This document shows, piece by piece, positions 53,191-64,000 of a stretch of 64,000 nt of DNA. The translations under genes were made by a program, and so were the position numbers. Below the pieces are notes generated by a model. The model searched no databases and was not told the DNA's origin. It was given only the letters and a program-made list of their open reading frames with translations. The stretch is from positions 17,484,001 through 17,548,000 of the forward strand of contig NC_087436.1 of NCBI RefSeq assembly GCF_036321535.1. Direction: 5' to 3'. How positions within the stretch are numbered: position 1 is the first letter of the stretch; every line of letters starts with the position of its first letter. Source of the DNA: Camelus dromedarius. Lineage: Eukaryota.

Positions 53191-54185
53191 TATTTTCTAT
53201 GTGGAAATCAAGTACTCAAACTTCTGAAAAGAGATTTAAGATAAACCTGTTCCTTTTGTCTTTCCAAGTCCTTCTACACACGTGCCTCCTCTGCATTTTT
53301 ACATGACACTTTTTTTTAAGCCCATGATGGACAACTAACCTCTGTTTTCTGACGTTGCCAGAATGTTTTTCTGCTTAGTGGACTTTAATCATTACTTCAT
53401 TACACTAGGATTCCCACGGAATTAGTTATTATGGCAGCACAGTGCCAAAATGAGTTATCATGATTAAATCCATTAGAATGGCTACCAAGGAAACTACGTA
53501 TGAGTTCCATCCTGCAAAGCACTGATCACATGAAACCAACATCCAGTGAGTGACATGAGTAACATCCCATGAGTAACATTATACAGCATCATAGACAGTG
53601 AATACGTAGTTTTACATATCAAATAGGAACCTAGGTGATAACACTAATTTAGGTCCAACAGTGAACTTTCTTTCTCAATAACTTAAAATTAAATTAAAAA
53701 ATACAACATTTTATATATCTTTAATCATTCATATATATCTTTTAATTTGGGGGAAGCCATAGAATAAATGAATAACTAAAATTCATTGATATAATATATG
53801 ATTATGTAGTCTTATATACCTATCCCAAAGTGATATGTGGTTAAAAATGTTATTCAGCCTAGTAATCTACACAGCAAACATTAAGTACCAAATCTACCAT
53901 GTATTTCTGTGAAAAGCACTGAAATAATGAACAAAATATTATTCCATCTTCCAATGATTGGATTGTTTCTTAGAAAATTATTTTTCAATCAATAAATTTC
54001 TATAGGTCTGTTTTAAAGTTAGCATATAAATTAATTTTGCATCAATGGTTTCATATTTTGGGATTCAGAAAAAGTAACAAAAACTGTATGACACCACATA
54101 TTGCTTGATTCCTTAAAGATGTCAAAGTATCTTCGCATTTCAATAATATTACTATACTGTAAGAGGCCATGATGTGGCCTCATAC

Positions 54186-54225
54186 TTTCCTCTTGTCAGA
54201 TTCCTTGAATTTGGTTCCTATCTAC
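54186..54225 (-). pseudogene. Pseudo-exon, phase 0-1 (VDRNQIQGI*QEE)
   Basis: CACAG| acceptor, |GTATGA donor, in-frame TGA. Confidence 0.4.
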
Positions 54226-54944
54226 CTGTGCTGCACAATGAGAACAGACCCCTCCGAATCAGAGGCGGGGTAAGTAAGCATCCAGAGGCAGAAATGGGAG
54301 GGACTGGAAGGAACTGAAAGCAAACTCCATGGGAAATTAAGGTTTGTAGGGTCAAATGCTGGTGGATCCATTCTACAATTACATTCCATCTAAAAAATGT
54401 GTAACTTCAATGTGCTATTTAGAAACTACTATTTTGTGAAGTGGGTCAAGATCAGGCAACTCCTTGAATGTTTTGGTTTTGCATTTTTTGTTTTCTTGGA
54501 GCAACCCTCTTCCCAGAACTTATAGGATAGTACAAATATAGATTAAAACATATCACACTTTTATGACTTCAGTTGGCTCTACACATCATTTACTCCATTT
54601 TTTTTCAACTTCACATACGAATGTTTATATAGCTGAAAGTCCTAAGCTTATTTTGTGTAACCATGACATATTATTCCTTGAAATATCATTAATATAATTT
54701 TTCTAATGTCACAACTTATTTATATTATTTATGAATGTGGAGGATATTATTTCCATTTATTTTAAATGTGACAGAAATTGAGGTTAAGCATTTACAACTT
54801 CAAGTGAACCGATGGCAGCTAAAAGCCCAGAAATCTTTCCTTTAATCCCTTCCCACTTCGTTATTAATGTAGGAAGAGGCTTCAGCCATTTTCAGCTTTC
54901 TTCCTTTTCCCCCACTTGTGAATTGGGTGCACTTCTATTCTTAC

Positions 54945-54975
54945 CTTTCTTACACTTTCTGCAACCCAATCAAAT
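54945..54975 (-). pseudogene. Pseudo-exon, phase 2-0 (FDWVAESVRK)
   Basis: Strong donor AAG|GTAAGA; pyrimidine tract present but acceptor reads AA. Confidence 0.35.
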
Positions 54976-57806
54976 TTCAAAGCAGAAGGCAGGAGGGAAA
55001 TATGCTAATAATTGGAGGAGGGGGACAGAAATTACACTCAATGGAGAGTGGATATACTGGGCATATTGGCATTTCTAGTAAGTTTCTCACTCTGTTCTCC
55101 CACTTACTTTCTATCAATGGGCTTAAGCAAATTTCCCTCCTTGAGGGAAACCCTAGGTCTCAAGAAAAAGAGCCTAGGTCTTCACGTTTGAGAGACCTGT
55201 CCTAGAGTCTCAGAGCCACCTACTTATCTTCCTTCCTCACCTTTAAAAATGAAGACAATGTACTTATTTCTAATAAGCACAATTAAATGCACTAAATAGC
55301 ATAGCTATTCAGGCAGCAAAAGAACACCCAACCCTGACTCATAGTAAGAACCTAACAAATGTGGTTGTTACATGGTTCATAACTGTTTGTCTTCACCCCC
55401 CACCTCCACCACCCCCCACCCACCCTTACCCACCTGTTCTCCCCTCACAGAAGGCCACTCTCCTTACATCAACCAGGCCTCTCCAGTTGCATCACTCTTT
55501 CAACAAAGATTTGTCATACATTACTGTGTGCAAGGCACCAAGTAGAGAATTTCAGAAAATGCCACTGTGTATGGAACCTTCAAACAGTCAAGAGAGGAAA
55601 CACACCTGTATACCAGGTCCCAGACCAGGAGCGAGCTGAGGTTAGGCAAGTCCCTTTACTTCCTGAGACGGATTCCACATATTTACGTTGATCTTAATAC
55701 TATCTTTGTTTTAATATTATCTTTTAAATTTCATTACATTATTCTATACATCAGACTAAACAAATCATGAAATTACATTTTTCAAAATGGTAACAATTAA
55801 GCTATAAAATATGTTTGGTGTAAATGTAACAAACATACCACAATTGTGATCAGCCTGGGAGAGTCTTGCCCTCTCTATAGGAATATGTAGTTTGTGCTTC
55901 TGCAGTTTCATCTTTTTTCCCAAATTCTAATTCTTACTCACAGAGGGCTTTTGAATAACTGACCCTGCCTCAAAATGTGGGACAATCTTCTCTCCTATTA
56001 TCACCTCATTAGAGTCTACTGAGGGGAGGAGGGAAAAAAGGGTCATGTGTTGGTCTTTAAATCTGTTCAATACACATTGTTGGAAGCAGTGTTTTAAAAC
56101 CAGTATGAAGATGAGCTTGCAAAATAAAGTCCATTTTTGAAAAATTCTTCAAAGAATATGGTTTCTTGGGATGAAATCTGAGTTTCCCTTTTTGTATGTC
56201 ACGACATTTTCCTTCTGATTTTACCCAAGTGTTTTGCTGTTGGGATCCAGTTTGCATCTGAATCCAATGCTTTCCCTAGTCCATGTAGACTGGTTAAATT
56301 AGGTGATCTGAAGTTCCATCAAGGTAAAGGTGCCCTAAAGGGTACAAAAGGGCATTACAGAGAAGTCAGGTAAGCCATGAATGGAGTCTTCTGTGTGAAA
56401 TAAATTAACTACAAAATGCCCCATGTAGCTTTTCCCATCTTCCAAGAATGAACAACATTTCATTGTTAGTGAATAAACTTATGGAATTTTTTTTTTAATG
56501 ACAGAATAAATGTTATATATACAATGTATAATTCATTCCATTCTGGCAGGAAGTGGCCTTCAGTTTTCTCTGGGGAACTGTGCAAACATCTGAATAATCT
56601 TGAAATCTTTTAATATGAAAAAGTGGTAATTACCCCCAAACTTACTATTTCCCACATTTATTTCCTCTTTTTCAATGATCAGGAATTTATTTCTTTCTCA
56701 ATGAGGATTTAAAGACTGCGTATGAGGGAATTAATTTTGCAATGTGTCCACAAAGAACACAGTTCTCAGCCTGGTCCCACGGAAATTTACAGAGAGTTAA
56801 TTTTTACCATTTTTCTTCAAGGCAGCCAAATTTCCTAATTTTACAGATGTTCTTTTTTTTTAATTAAAAAAATTGCCAACATAGTTTCCTTTGGATTTGA
56901 ATGTTGAGCTGAAAAGCCTTTTTAATGTAATGAGCAGTATTCCATGGCTATTTATATTTAGCTCTGATTCTCATTCATCACTAGCCTATGGAAGAATTTT
57001 GACAAGCAATGTACAAATGTGACATGGGTACAAAAGCATATCTCAGAGGTCTGGAATCTCTGGGTGAATGCCATGCTCAGTATAGGGCTGCATAACTCTG
57101 GTGGAGAATTTCCAGTAAGTTACATGGGATATGAATCTCGTCTTGATGTACTCCATCGTATTTTTTTTTTCATTTCTCAGAAAGCAATGTGAGTCCTTTT
57201 CTCTCTCTCACTTTTTCCCGATACTCATTTTTTGTCATGTGTTCTTGAATGTTGGTTCTTTATTCTTTTACTCAATTCATTCTATTTTTTAATAGTTTAG
57301 TTGGTTCAATAATCTCAAGTTATTTTCTTTCTTCTATCCCCCCACCCCTCCTTGCTTTGTCTGAACATCTTTGGTTTTGGCTTGTTTTGTCTTCTTCTTA
57401 ATAGTATACCTAGAGCTGTATTGTTTCCCTATATGGCCTACATTTGATATCTTTTATTTTCCTTGTGTTGCTTTTAGAATGCTCTATGCTGAATTACAAG
57501 GACCTTGAAGGGACAGGAAAAGCTGAGTAGTCCACTTGGTTGCTGAATCACCAGGCTACATTTTGTTAACAATGCGGTTTTTGATCTTTGGCAAGTCTAA
57601 TAATCTTTTTGGACCCCAATTTCGATCTGGAATAAAAATTTATACATCTGTCAGTGGGTTCAGCATGGAGTAATTAGTTATTCCTTCTAAAGTTTTTGAA
57701 AGTGGAAATCGTATTTAATGTTTACTAGCTTAGAATATTTAATGATCCCAATACATGCCTAGTACCGTGCTGTGTGCTGGGGGTACAAGGTGAATTGGGG
57801 TCCCTT

Positions 57807-59436
57807 TCCTCCAGGACTGTTTTTTTTTAAACATTTTTTATTGATTTATAATCATTTAACAATGTTGTGTCAAATTCCAGTGTTCAGCACAATTTTTCAG
57901 TCATTCATGGACATATACACTCATTGTCACATTTTTTTCTCTGTGAGTTATCATAACATTTTGTGTATATTTCCCTGTGCTATACAGTGTAATCTTGTTT
58001 ATCTATTCTACAATTTTGAAATCCCAGTCTATCCCTTCCCACCCTCCACCCCCCCGGCAACCACAAGTCTGTATTCTCTGTCTATGAGTCTATTTCTGTC
58101 CTGTATTTATGCTTTGTTTTTGTTTGTTTGGTTGGTTGGTTTTGTTTTTGTTTTTTAGATTCCACATATGAGCGATCTCATATGGTATTTTTCTTTCTCT
58201 TTCTGGCTTACTTCACTTAGAATGACATTCTCCAGGAGCATCCATGTTGCTGCAAATGGCATTATGTTGTCAGTTTTTATTGCTGAGTAGTATTCCATTG
58301 TATAAATATACCACATCTTCTTTATCCAGTCACCTGTTGATGGACATTTAGGCTGTTTCCACGTTTTGGCTATTGTAAATAGTGCTGCTATGAATTACCC
58401 AGGACATATTTCACAGAACTAGAACAAATCATAATAAAATTTGTATAGAACCATCAAAGACCTGGAATTGCCAAAGCATTACTGAAGAGAAAGAAAGAGG
58501 CAGGAGGAATAATTCTCCCAGACTTCAGACAGTACTATACAGCTACAGTCATCAAGACAGCATGGTATTGGTACCAAAACAGATATATAGACTAATGGAA
58601 CAGAATAGAGAGCCCAGAAATGAACCCACAAGATTTTGGTCAACTAATCTTTGACAAAGGAGGCAAGAATATACAATGGAATAAAGACAGTCTCTTCAGC
58701 AAATGGTGCTGGGAAAACTGGACAGCAGCATGTAAAACAATGAAGCTAGAACACTCCCTTACACCATATACAAAAATCAACTCAAAATGGATCAAAGACT
58801 TAAACATAAGACAAGATACAATAAACCTCCTAGAGGAAAACATAGGCAAAACATTATCTGACATGCATTTCAAAAATGTTCTCCTAGAAGAAATAAAAGC
58901 AAGAATAAACAAATGGGACCTAATGAAACTTACAAGCTTCTGCACAGCAAAGGAAACCAGAAGTAAAACAAGAAGACAACATACAGAATGGGAGAAAATT
59001 TTTGCAAATGAAACCGACAAAGGCTTGATTTCCAGAATATAAAAGCAGCTCATATGACTCAATAAGAAAAAAATAAACAACCCAATCCAAAAATGGGCAG
59101 AAGACCTAAACAAGCAATTCTCCAAGGAAGACATACAAATGATCAAAAGGCACATGAAAAAATGCTCAATATCACTAATTATCAGAGAAATGCAAATCAA
59201 AACCACAATGAGGTATCACATCACACCAGTCAGAATGGCCATCATTCAAAAATCCACAAATGACAAATGCTGGAGAGGCTGTGGAGAAGGGGGAACCCTC
59301 CTACACTGCTGGTGGGAATGCAGTTTGGTGCAGCCACTATGGAAAACAGTGTGGAGATTCCTCAAAAGACTAGGAATAGACTTACCATATGACCCAGGAA
59401 TCCCACTCCTGGGCTTGTATCCTCCAGGGCTGTTTT
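57807..59436 (-). mobile_element. Young 5'-truncated, 5'-inverted L1
   Basis: Minus-strand 3' end 57824-58394, plus-strand ORF2 58395-59422 ([45 protein letters not shown] knuckle); 17-bp TSD TCCTCCAGG(A/G)CTGTTTT. Confidence 0.92.
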
Positions 59437-59688
59437 GAAAAACAGGTTCATAGAGAAGGATAATTTGAATAGACCATGGGAAAGACTTTACATTACAATT
59501 ACAGTACATTACTAGTAAGTGCTAAATATGTTTTTGCATGACGTTATTTTTTAACATTCTATATTGAAGTAATGGTAAATTAGAAATGAACAATAAATTT
59601 CCAACATAAGCTAGTCTTCTTGGATTCAAGCACAATTATCCAGACAATTATGAACAAGTTTTACCCAGTCAATACCAATCATCAAATC

Positions 59689-60129
59689 TATATTTTTAAA
59701 AATTGTTTATTGATTTATAATCATTTTACAATGTTGTGTCAAATTCCAGTGTAGAGCACAATTTTTCAGTCATACATGAACATATATATATTCATTGAGA
59801 CATTTTTTTCTCTCTGAGCTACCATAAGATCTTGTGTGTATTTCCCTATGCTATACAGTATAATCTTGTTTATCTATTCTACAATTTTGAAATCCCAGTC
59901 TGTCCCTTCCCACCCTCTGCCCCCCTCGGCAACCACAAGTTTGTATTCTATGTCTATGAGTCTATTTCTGTTTTGTATTTATGCTTTGTTTTTGTTGTTT
60001 TTGTTTTTTGTTGTTTTTTAGATTCCACATATGAGTGATCTCATATGGTATTTTTCTTTCTCTTTCTGGCTTACTTCACTTAGAATGACATTCTCCAGGT
60101 GCATCCATGTTATATTTTTTAAAAATTGT
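59689..60129 (-). mobile_element. Young L1 3' end
   Basis: Same subfamily as the 57.8 kb copy; flanked by TATATTTTT(T)AAAAATTGT. Confidence 0.88.
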
Positions 60130-60199
60130 CCTATATCTAAATATTGACTATTGCTTCATTTTAATCCACATATTTCCTATCTTAAACAGAGAGAAGGGA

Positions 60200-60450
60200 A
60201 GAGGGAATTAACATGTGTTAAGCACCTATTACATGCCTACTACGATGTCAAGTGTTTTAAGAGCATTATTTCAATAAGCACCCAGAATAATTCTCCAAGG
60301 TAGGTACTGTTATCTCTAATTTAAGAATATGGGAAATTAGACTGAGAGATCAGGTGATCTGTCCAAGGTCATCCACCCAGAAAATATTGGTCAATATTCA
60401 CACCCAGGTTCACTCACTCCAAAACCCATGCTAACTCTGCTACATCACAT
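60200..60450 (-). mobile_element. MIR
   Basis: TTAAGCACCTATTACATGCC...AGGTAGGTACTGTTATC...GTCCAAGGTCA. Confidence 0.75.
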
Positions 60451-60924
60451 CCTTACCCCAAAGGAAATCCACAGAATGGGAGTTCAAATAGCTCTTTAAA
60501 GATACTGTAGGACACTGGTGGATCTCTGAACTAACTGCCTCATCATACAGATGAAGAATATGAGGCCTGGAAAGTTAAAATAACTTTCCAGAATTCATCC
60601 TACTAGCTGATGTTGGAGATTAGAGTAAGCATTATTTTTTTGTCTCTAGGACAAGTTCATATTCTGAAACATTCTGTCTAAAAATGAAAGCATGAACTCC
60701 CTACTGCAAGAAATGCTTAAACAGAAATGTAATGATCAAAAATATTACAGAAGCACTTTTTAAAGGATGGAAGTTTAAATTAGAAGACCTGAAAGCTCCC
60801 TTTCGTCACTCTCATTCTTTGAGGCTGTATAATTGATGATGCTTTCCCATTATCTTTCCCTCAGTTAAAAATAAATGACTAAATAATTTTCCTATTTTAC
60901 TCAAGGTTTATACTTTTAAAAATA

Positions 60925-63900
60925 GGCCTTACTTTTTAGAGCCGGTTTAAATTCACAGTTAATTTGAGCAGAAGGTACAGAGATTTCCCATATACCTTGG
61001 CTCCCATGTATGCAAAGCCTCTTATTAACAATATCCCCCATTGGAGTGATACAGCTGTTACAGCTGATGAACCTACATGACACATCATTATTACTTAAAG
61101 TCCATAGTTTACATTATAGTTCTCTCTTGATGTTGTGCAGTCTATGGGTTTTGACAAATGTGTAATGACATGTATCCACCAATACAGTATCATTCGGACT
61201 AGTTTTACTGCCCTAAAAATCCTCTCTGCTCTACCTATTTATTTCTCCACTCCCAACCTCTAGCAACTACTGATCATTTTATTGTCTCCATAGTTACTCC
61301 TTTTCCAAAATGTCATACATTTAGAATCCTACAGTATACATACCTTTTCAGATTGGCTTCTTTCACTTAGTAATATACATGTAAGGTTTCTCCATGTCTT
61401 TTCATGGCTTGATAGCTCATTTCTTTTCAGTGCTGAATAATATTCTGTTGTCTTGATGTACCAGTGTATCAATCCATTCACCTACAGAAGGACATCTTGG
61501 TTGCTTCCAAGATTTGGCAGTTATGAATAAAACTGCTATAAACACCTGTGTGCAGGTTTTTGTGAAGATACAAGTTTTCAAATCCTTTGAGTAAATATCA
61601 AGGAGTGTGATTGATGAATATCATGGTAAGAGTATGTTCGGTTTTGTAAGAAATTGCTAAACTATCTTCCAAAGTGGACATACCATTTTGCATTCCCACC
61701 AGCCATGAATGACAGTTTCTGCTGCTCCACATCCTTGCCAGCACTTGATGTCAGCACTCTGGATTTTGGCTCTTTAAATAGGTGTACAATGGTATTTCAC
61801 TGTTTTGATTTTCATTTCCCTGATAACATACAGCGTGGAGCATATTTTTATGTACTTATTTGGCCATCTACCTATCTTCTTTGGTGATATTTCTGATAAG
61901 GTCTTTGGATCCTATTTAAATTGTGTTGTTTTCTTATTGATGAGTTTTAAGGATTCTTTGTATATTTGGATAAGTCCTTTATCAGATGCCTTTTGCAAAT
62001 GTTTTCTCCTAGTATATGGCTTGTCTTATTCTCTTGACATTGTCTTTTGCAGAGCAGCTGTTTTTGATTTTAATGAAGTTCAGCATATCAATGATTTCTT
62101 TCATAGATCATGCCTTTGGTGTTGGATCTAAATGTCATCATCACACCCAAAGTCATCTAGATTTCCTCCTAGGTTATCTTCTAGTAGTTTTATAGTTTTG
62201 TGTTTTACATTTAGATCTGTAGACCATTTTGAGTTAATTATTTGTGAAGGGTATACAGTCAATGCTAAGATTCATTTATTTGCATGTGAATATCCAGATG
62301 TTCCAGCACCATTTGTTGAAAATTTTATCTCTGCCTCATTGTATTCTCTTTGCTCCTTTGTATTATCTTTGCCTCTTTGTCAAAGACCAGAGAACTGTAT
62401 TAAATGGTCTATTTCTGGGCTCTGTCCTATTCAATTGCTCTATTTATATATTCTTTTGCCAGTAACATACTGTCTTGATTACTGTAGTTTTATAGTAAGT
62501 CTGAAGTCTGATAGTGTCAGTCCTCCAATTTTGTTCCTCTCCTTCAATATTGTGTTGCCTATACTGGGACTTCTGTCTTTCCATATAAACTTTAGAATCC
62601 ATTTGCAGATATTCACAAAATAACTTGCTGGGATTTTGACTGTGATTGCAACAAACCTATAGATGAAATTGGGAAAAACTGACATCTTGACAATATTGAG
62701 TCTTCATATCCATGTACATGGGCTAGCGCTCCATTTATTTATTTCTTCTTTGATATTTTTCTTCAGAGTTTTCCTCATACGGTTCATGTACATATGTTGT
62801 TAGATTTATAACTAAGCATTACATTCTTGGGAGGATGCTAATTTAAATAGTATTGAGTTATGTATGTTCATGTATAACTGAAAAATTCTGCTCTACACTG
62901 GAATTTGACACAACATTATAAAATGACTATAACTCAATAAAAAATGTAATAAATAAATTAATAAATAGTATTGAGTTTTTAATTTCAAATTTCATTTGTT
63001 CATTGTTGTTGTATAGAAAAGCGATTGATTTTTATATATTAACTTTGTATCCTGCAATCTTGATATAATCACTTTTCAGTTCCATAATTCTTTTGTTGAT
63101 TCTTTCAGATTTTCTATATAGATGATCATGTCATCTGTGAACGAAGTACCATTTCTTCCTTCTCGATTTGTATACATTTTATTTCCTTTTATTTTCTTGT
63201 TACTGTAGCTAGGACTCACAGTATGATATTGACCAGCAGTGGTTAAAGAGGACATCCTTGCCTTCTACCTAACCTTATTGCTTTCTACCTAACCTTAGTA
63301 GGAAAGCTTCAGGCTTCTCACCAGTAAGTATCATGCTGGCTGTTGTTTTTTTCATAGATATCTTCATCAAGTTAAGAAAGTTTCCCTCTATTTCTAGTTT
63401 AGTAAGAAGGTTTTATCATGAATGGGGTATTGGATTTTGTCACATGCTTTTTCTGCATTTTTGATATAATCATGAAACTTTTCTTTTTTAGTCTGTTGAA
63501 GTGATGAGTTACATTAATTGACCTTCAAATGTTGAAAATTTGCTAATATTTAGTTGAGGATTTTTGCATCTATGTTTAAGAAAGACATTGGTCTGTGGTT
63601 TTCTTTTCTTGTGTCCTTGTCTGGTTTTTGGTATTAGGGTAATACTGACCTCATAGAATGAGTTAACAAGTATTCCTTCAGCTTCTATCTTCTGAAAGAA
63701 AATGTAGACAAATAGTACAATTTCTTCCTTAAACACTTGATATAATTCACCAGTGAATCCACCTGGGCCTGGTGCTTTCTGTTACGGAAAGTTATAAATT
63801 ATTGATTAGATTCTTTAATGCAAACAGGCTTATTCAGATTGTCTCTCTCTCCTGTGTGAGCTTTGGCAGATTGTATCTTTGCAGGAATTGGCCCATTTCA

Positions 63901-64000
63901 CCTAAGTTGCCAAATTTGTGGTCATAGAGTTGTTCATACTATTACTTTACGATCCATTTACTGCCTGTGGAATCTGTAGTGATGTCCCTCTTTCATTTCT
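60925..64000 (-). mobile_element. L1MC1-like element, 3'UTR and ORF2, continuing past the window end
   Basis: TTTTAGAGCCGGTTTAAATTCACAG...GTACAGAGATTTCCCATATA 3' end; minus ORFs 62479..62685 (FIYRFVAITVKIPASYF...GGLTLSDF) and 63509..63736 ([13 protein letters not shown]). Confidence 0.9.
62844..62977 (+). mobile_element. ~100-bp young L1 3' tip nested in the old L1
   Basis: 16-bp perfect TSD TAAATAGTATTGAGTT at 62844 and 62962. Confidence 0.9.

Larger units (their letters stand above)
35044..54975 (-). pseudogene. Putative decayed multi-exon (unprocessed) pseudogene encoding a C-terminally hydrophobic protein; identity unknown
   Basis: About 13 exon-like segments outside repeats with compatible splice phases, in-frame stops and mutated splice sites (listed individually). 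Confidence 0.55.

Noticed and set aside
58620..59438. ORFs of 140 and 99 aa, plus the 188-aa antisense ORF, as genes
   Set aside because: Fragments of L1 ORF2 with stops; the antisense ORF is the usual L1 shadow.
60630..60680. Minus-strand exon candidate (QNVSEYELVLETK)
   Set aside because: It overlaps the end of a MIR-like fragment and has no donor.
61654..62623. Cluster of plus-strand hydrophobic ORFs
   Set aside because: Antisense reading of the L1MC1-like ORF2.
63258..63297. 20-bp tandem duplication
   Set aside because: Real, but a trivial slippage event inside an old L1.

Overview
AT-rich, CpG-depleted mammalian genomic DNA, most likely camelid: it carries a tRNA-Ala-derived vic-1-type SINE and several young cetartiodactyl-type L1 3' ends. 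Much of the window is interspersed repeat (L1 of several ages, L2, L3/CR1, MIR, MaLR/ERVL/ERV1 LTRs, hAT MER elements). I found no intact protein-coding gene, RNA gene or prokaryotic system; the long ORFs in the track are L1 fragments, their antisense shadows or chance ORFs. The main non-repeat signal is on the minus strand (~55.0 to ~35.0 kb): about 13 exon-like segments whose splice phases chain into one ~430-codon reading frame ending in a hydrophobic segment. The chain is broken by in-frame stops, one inferred frameshift and several mutated splice sites, which fits a decayed unprocessed pseudogene, with weak hints of the KASH5/IRAG (LRMP) family. Also notable are a CpG-enriched ETS/IRF/AP-1 motif cluster (50.1-51.5 kb), a 71-nt near-perfect hairpin, a palindromic 50-bp tandem repeat and a 5'-inverted (twin-primed) L1. 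Repeat family names come from recognition by eye, not from a database search, and repeat boundaries without TSDs are approximate.
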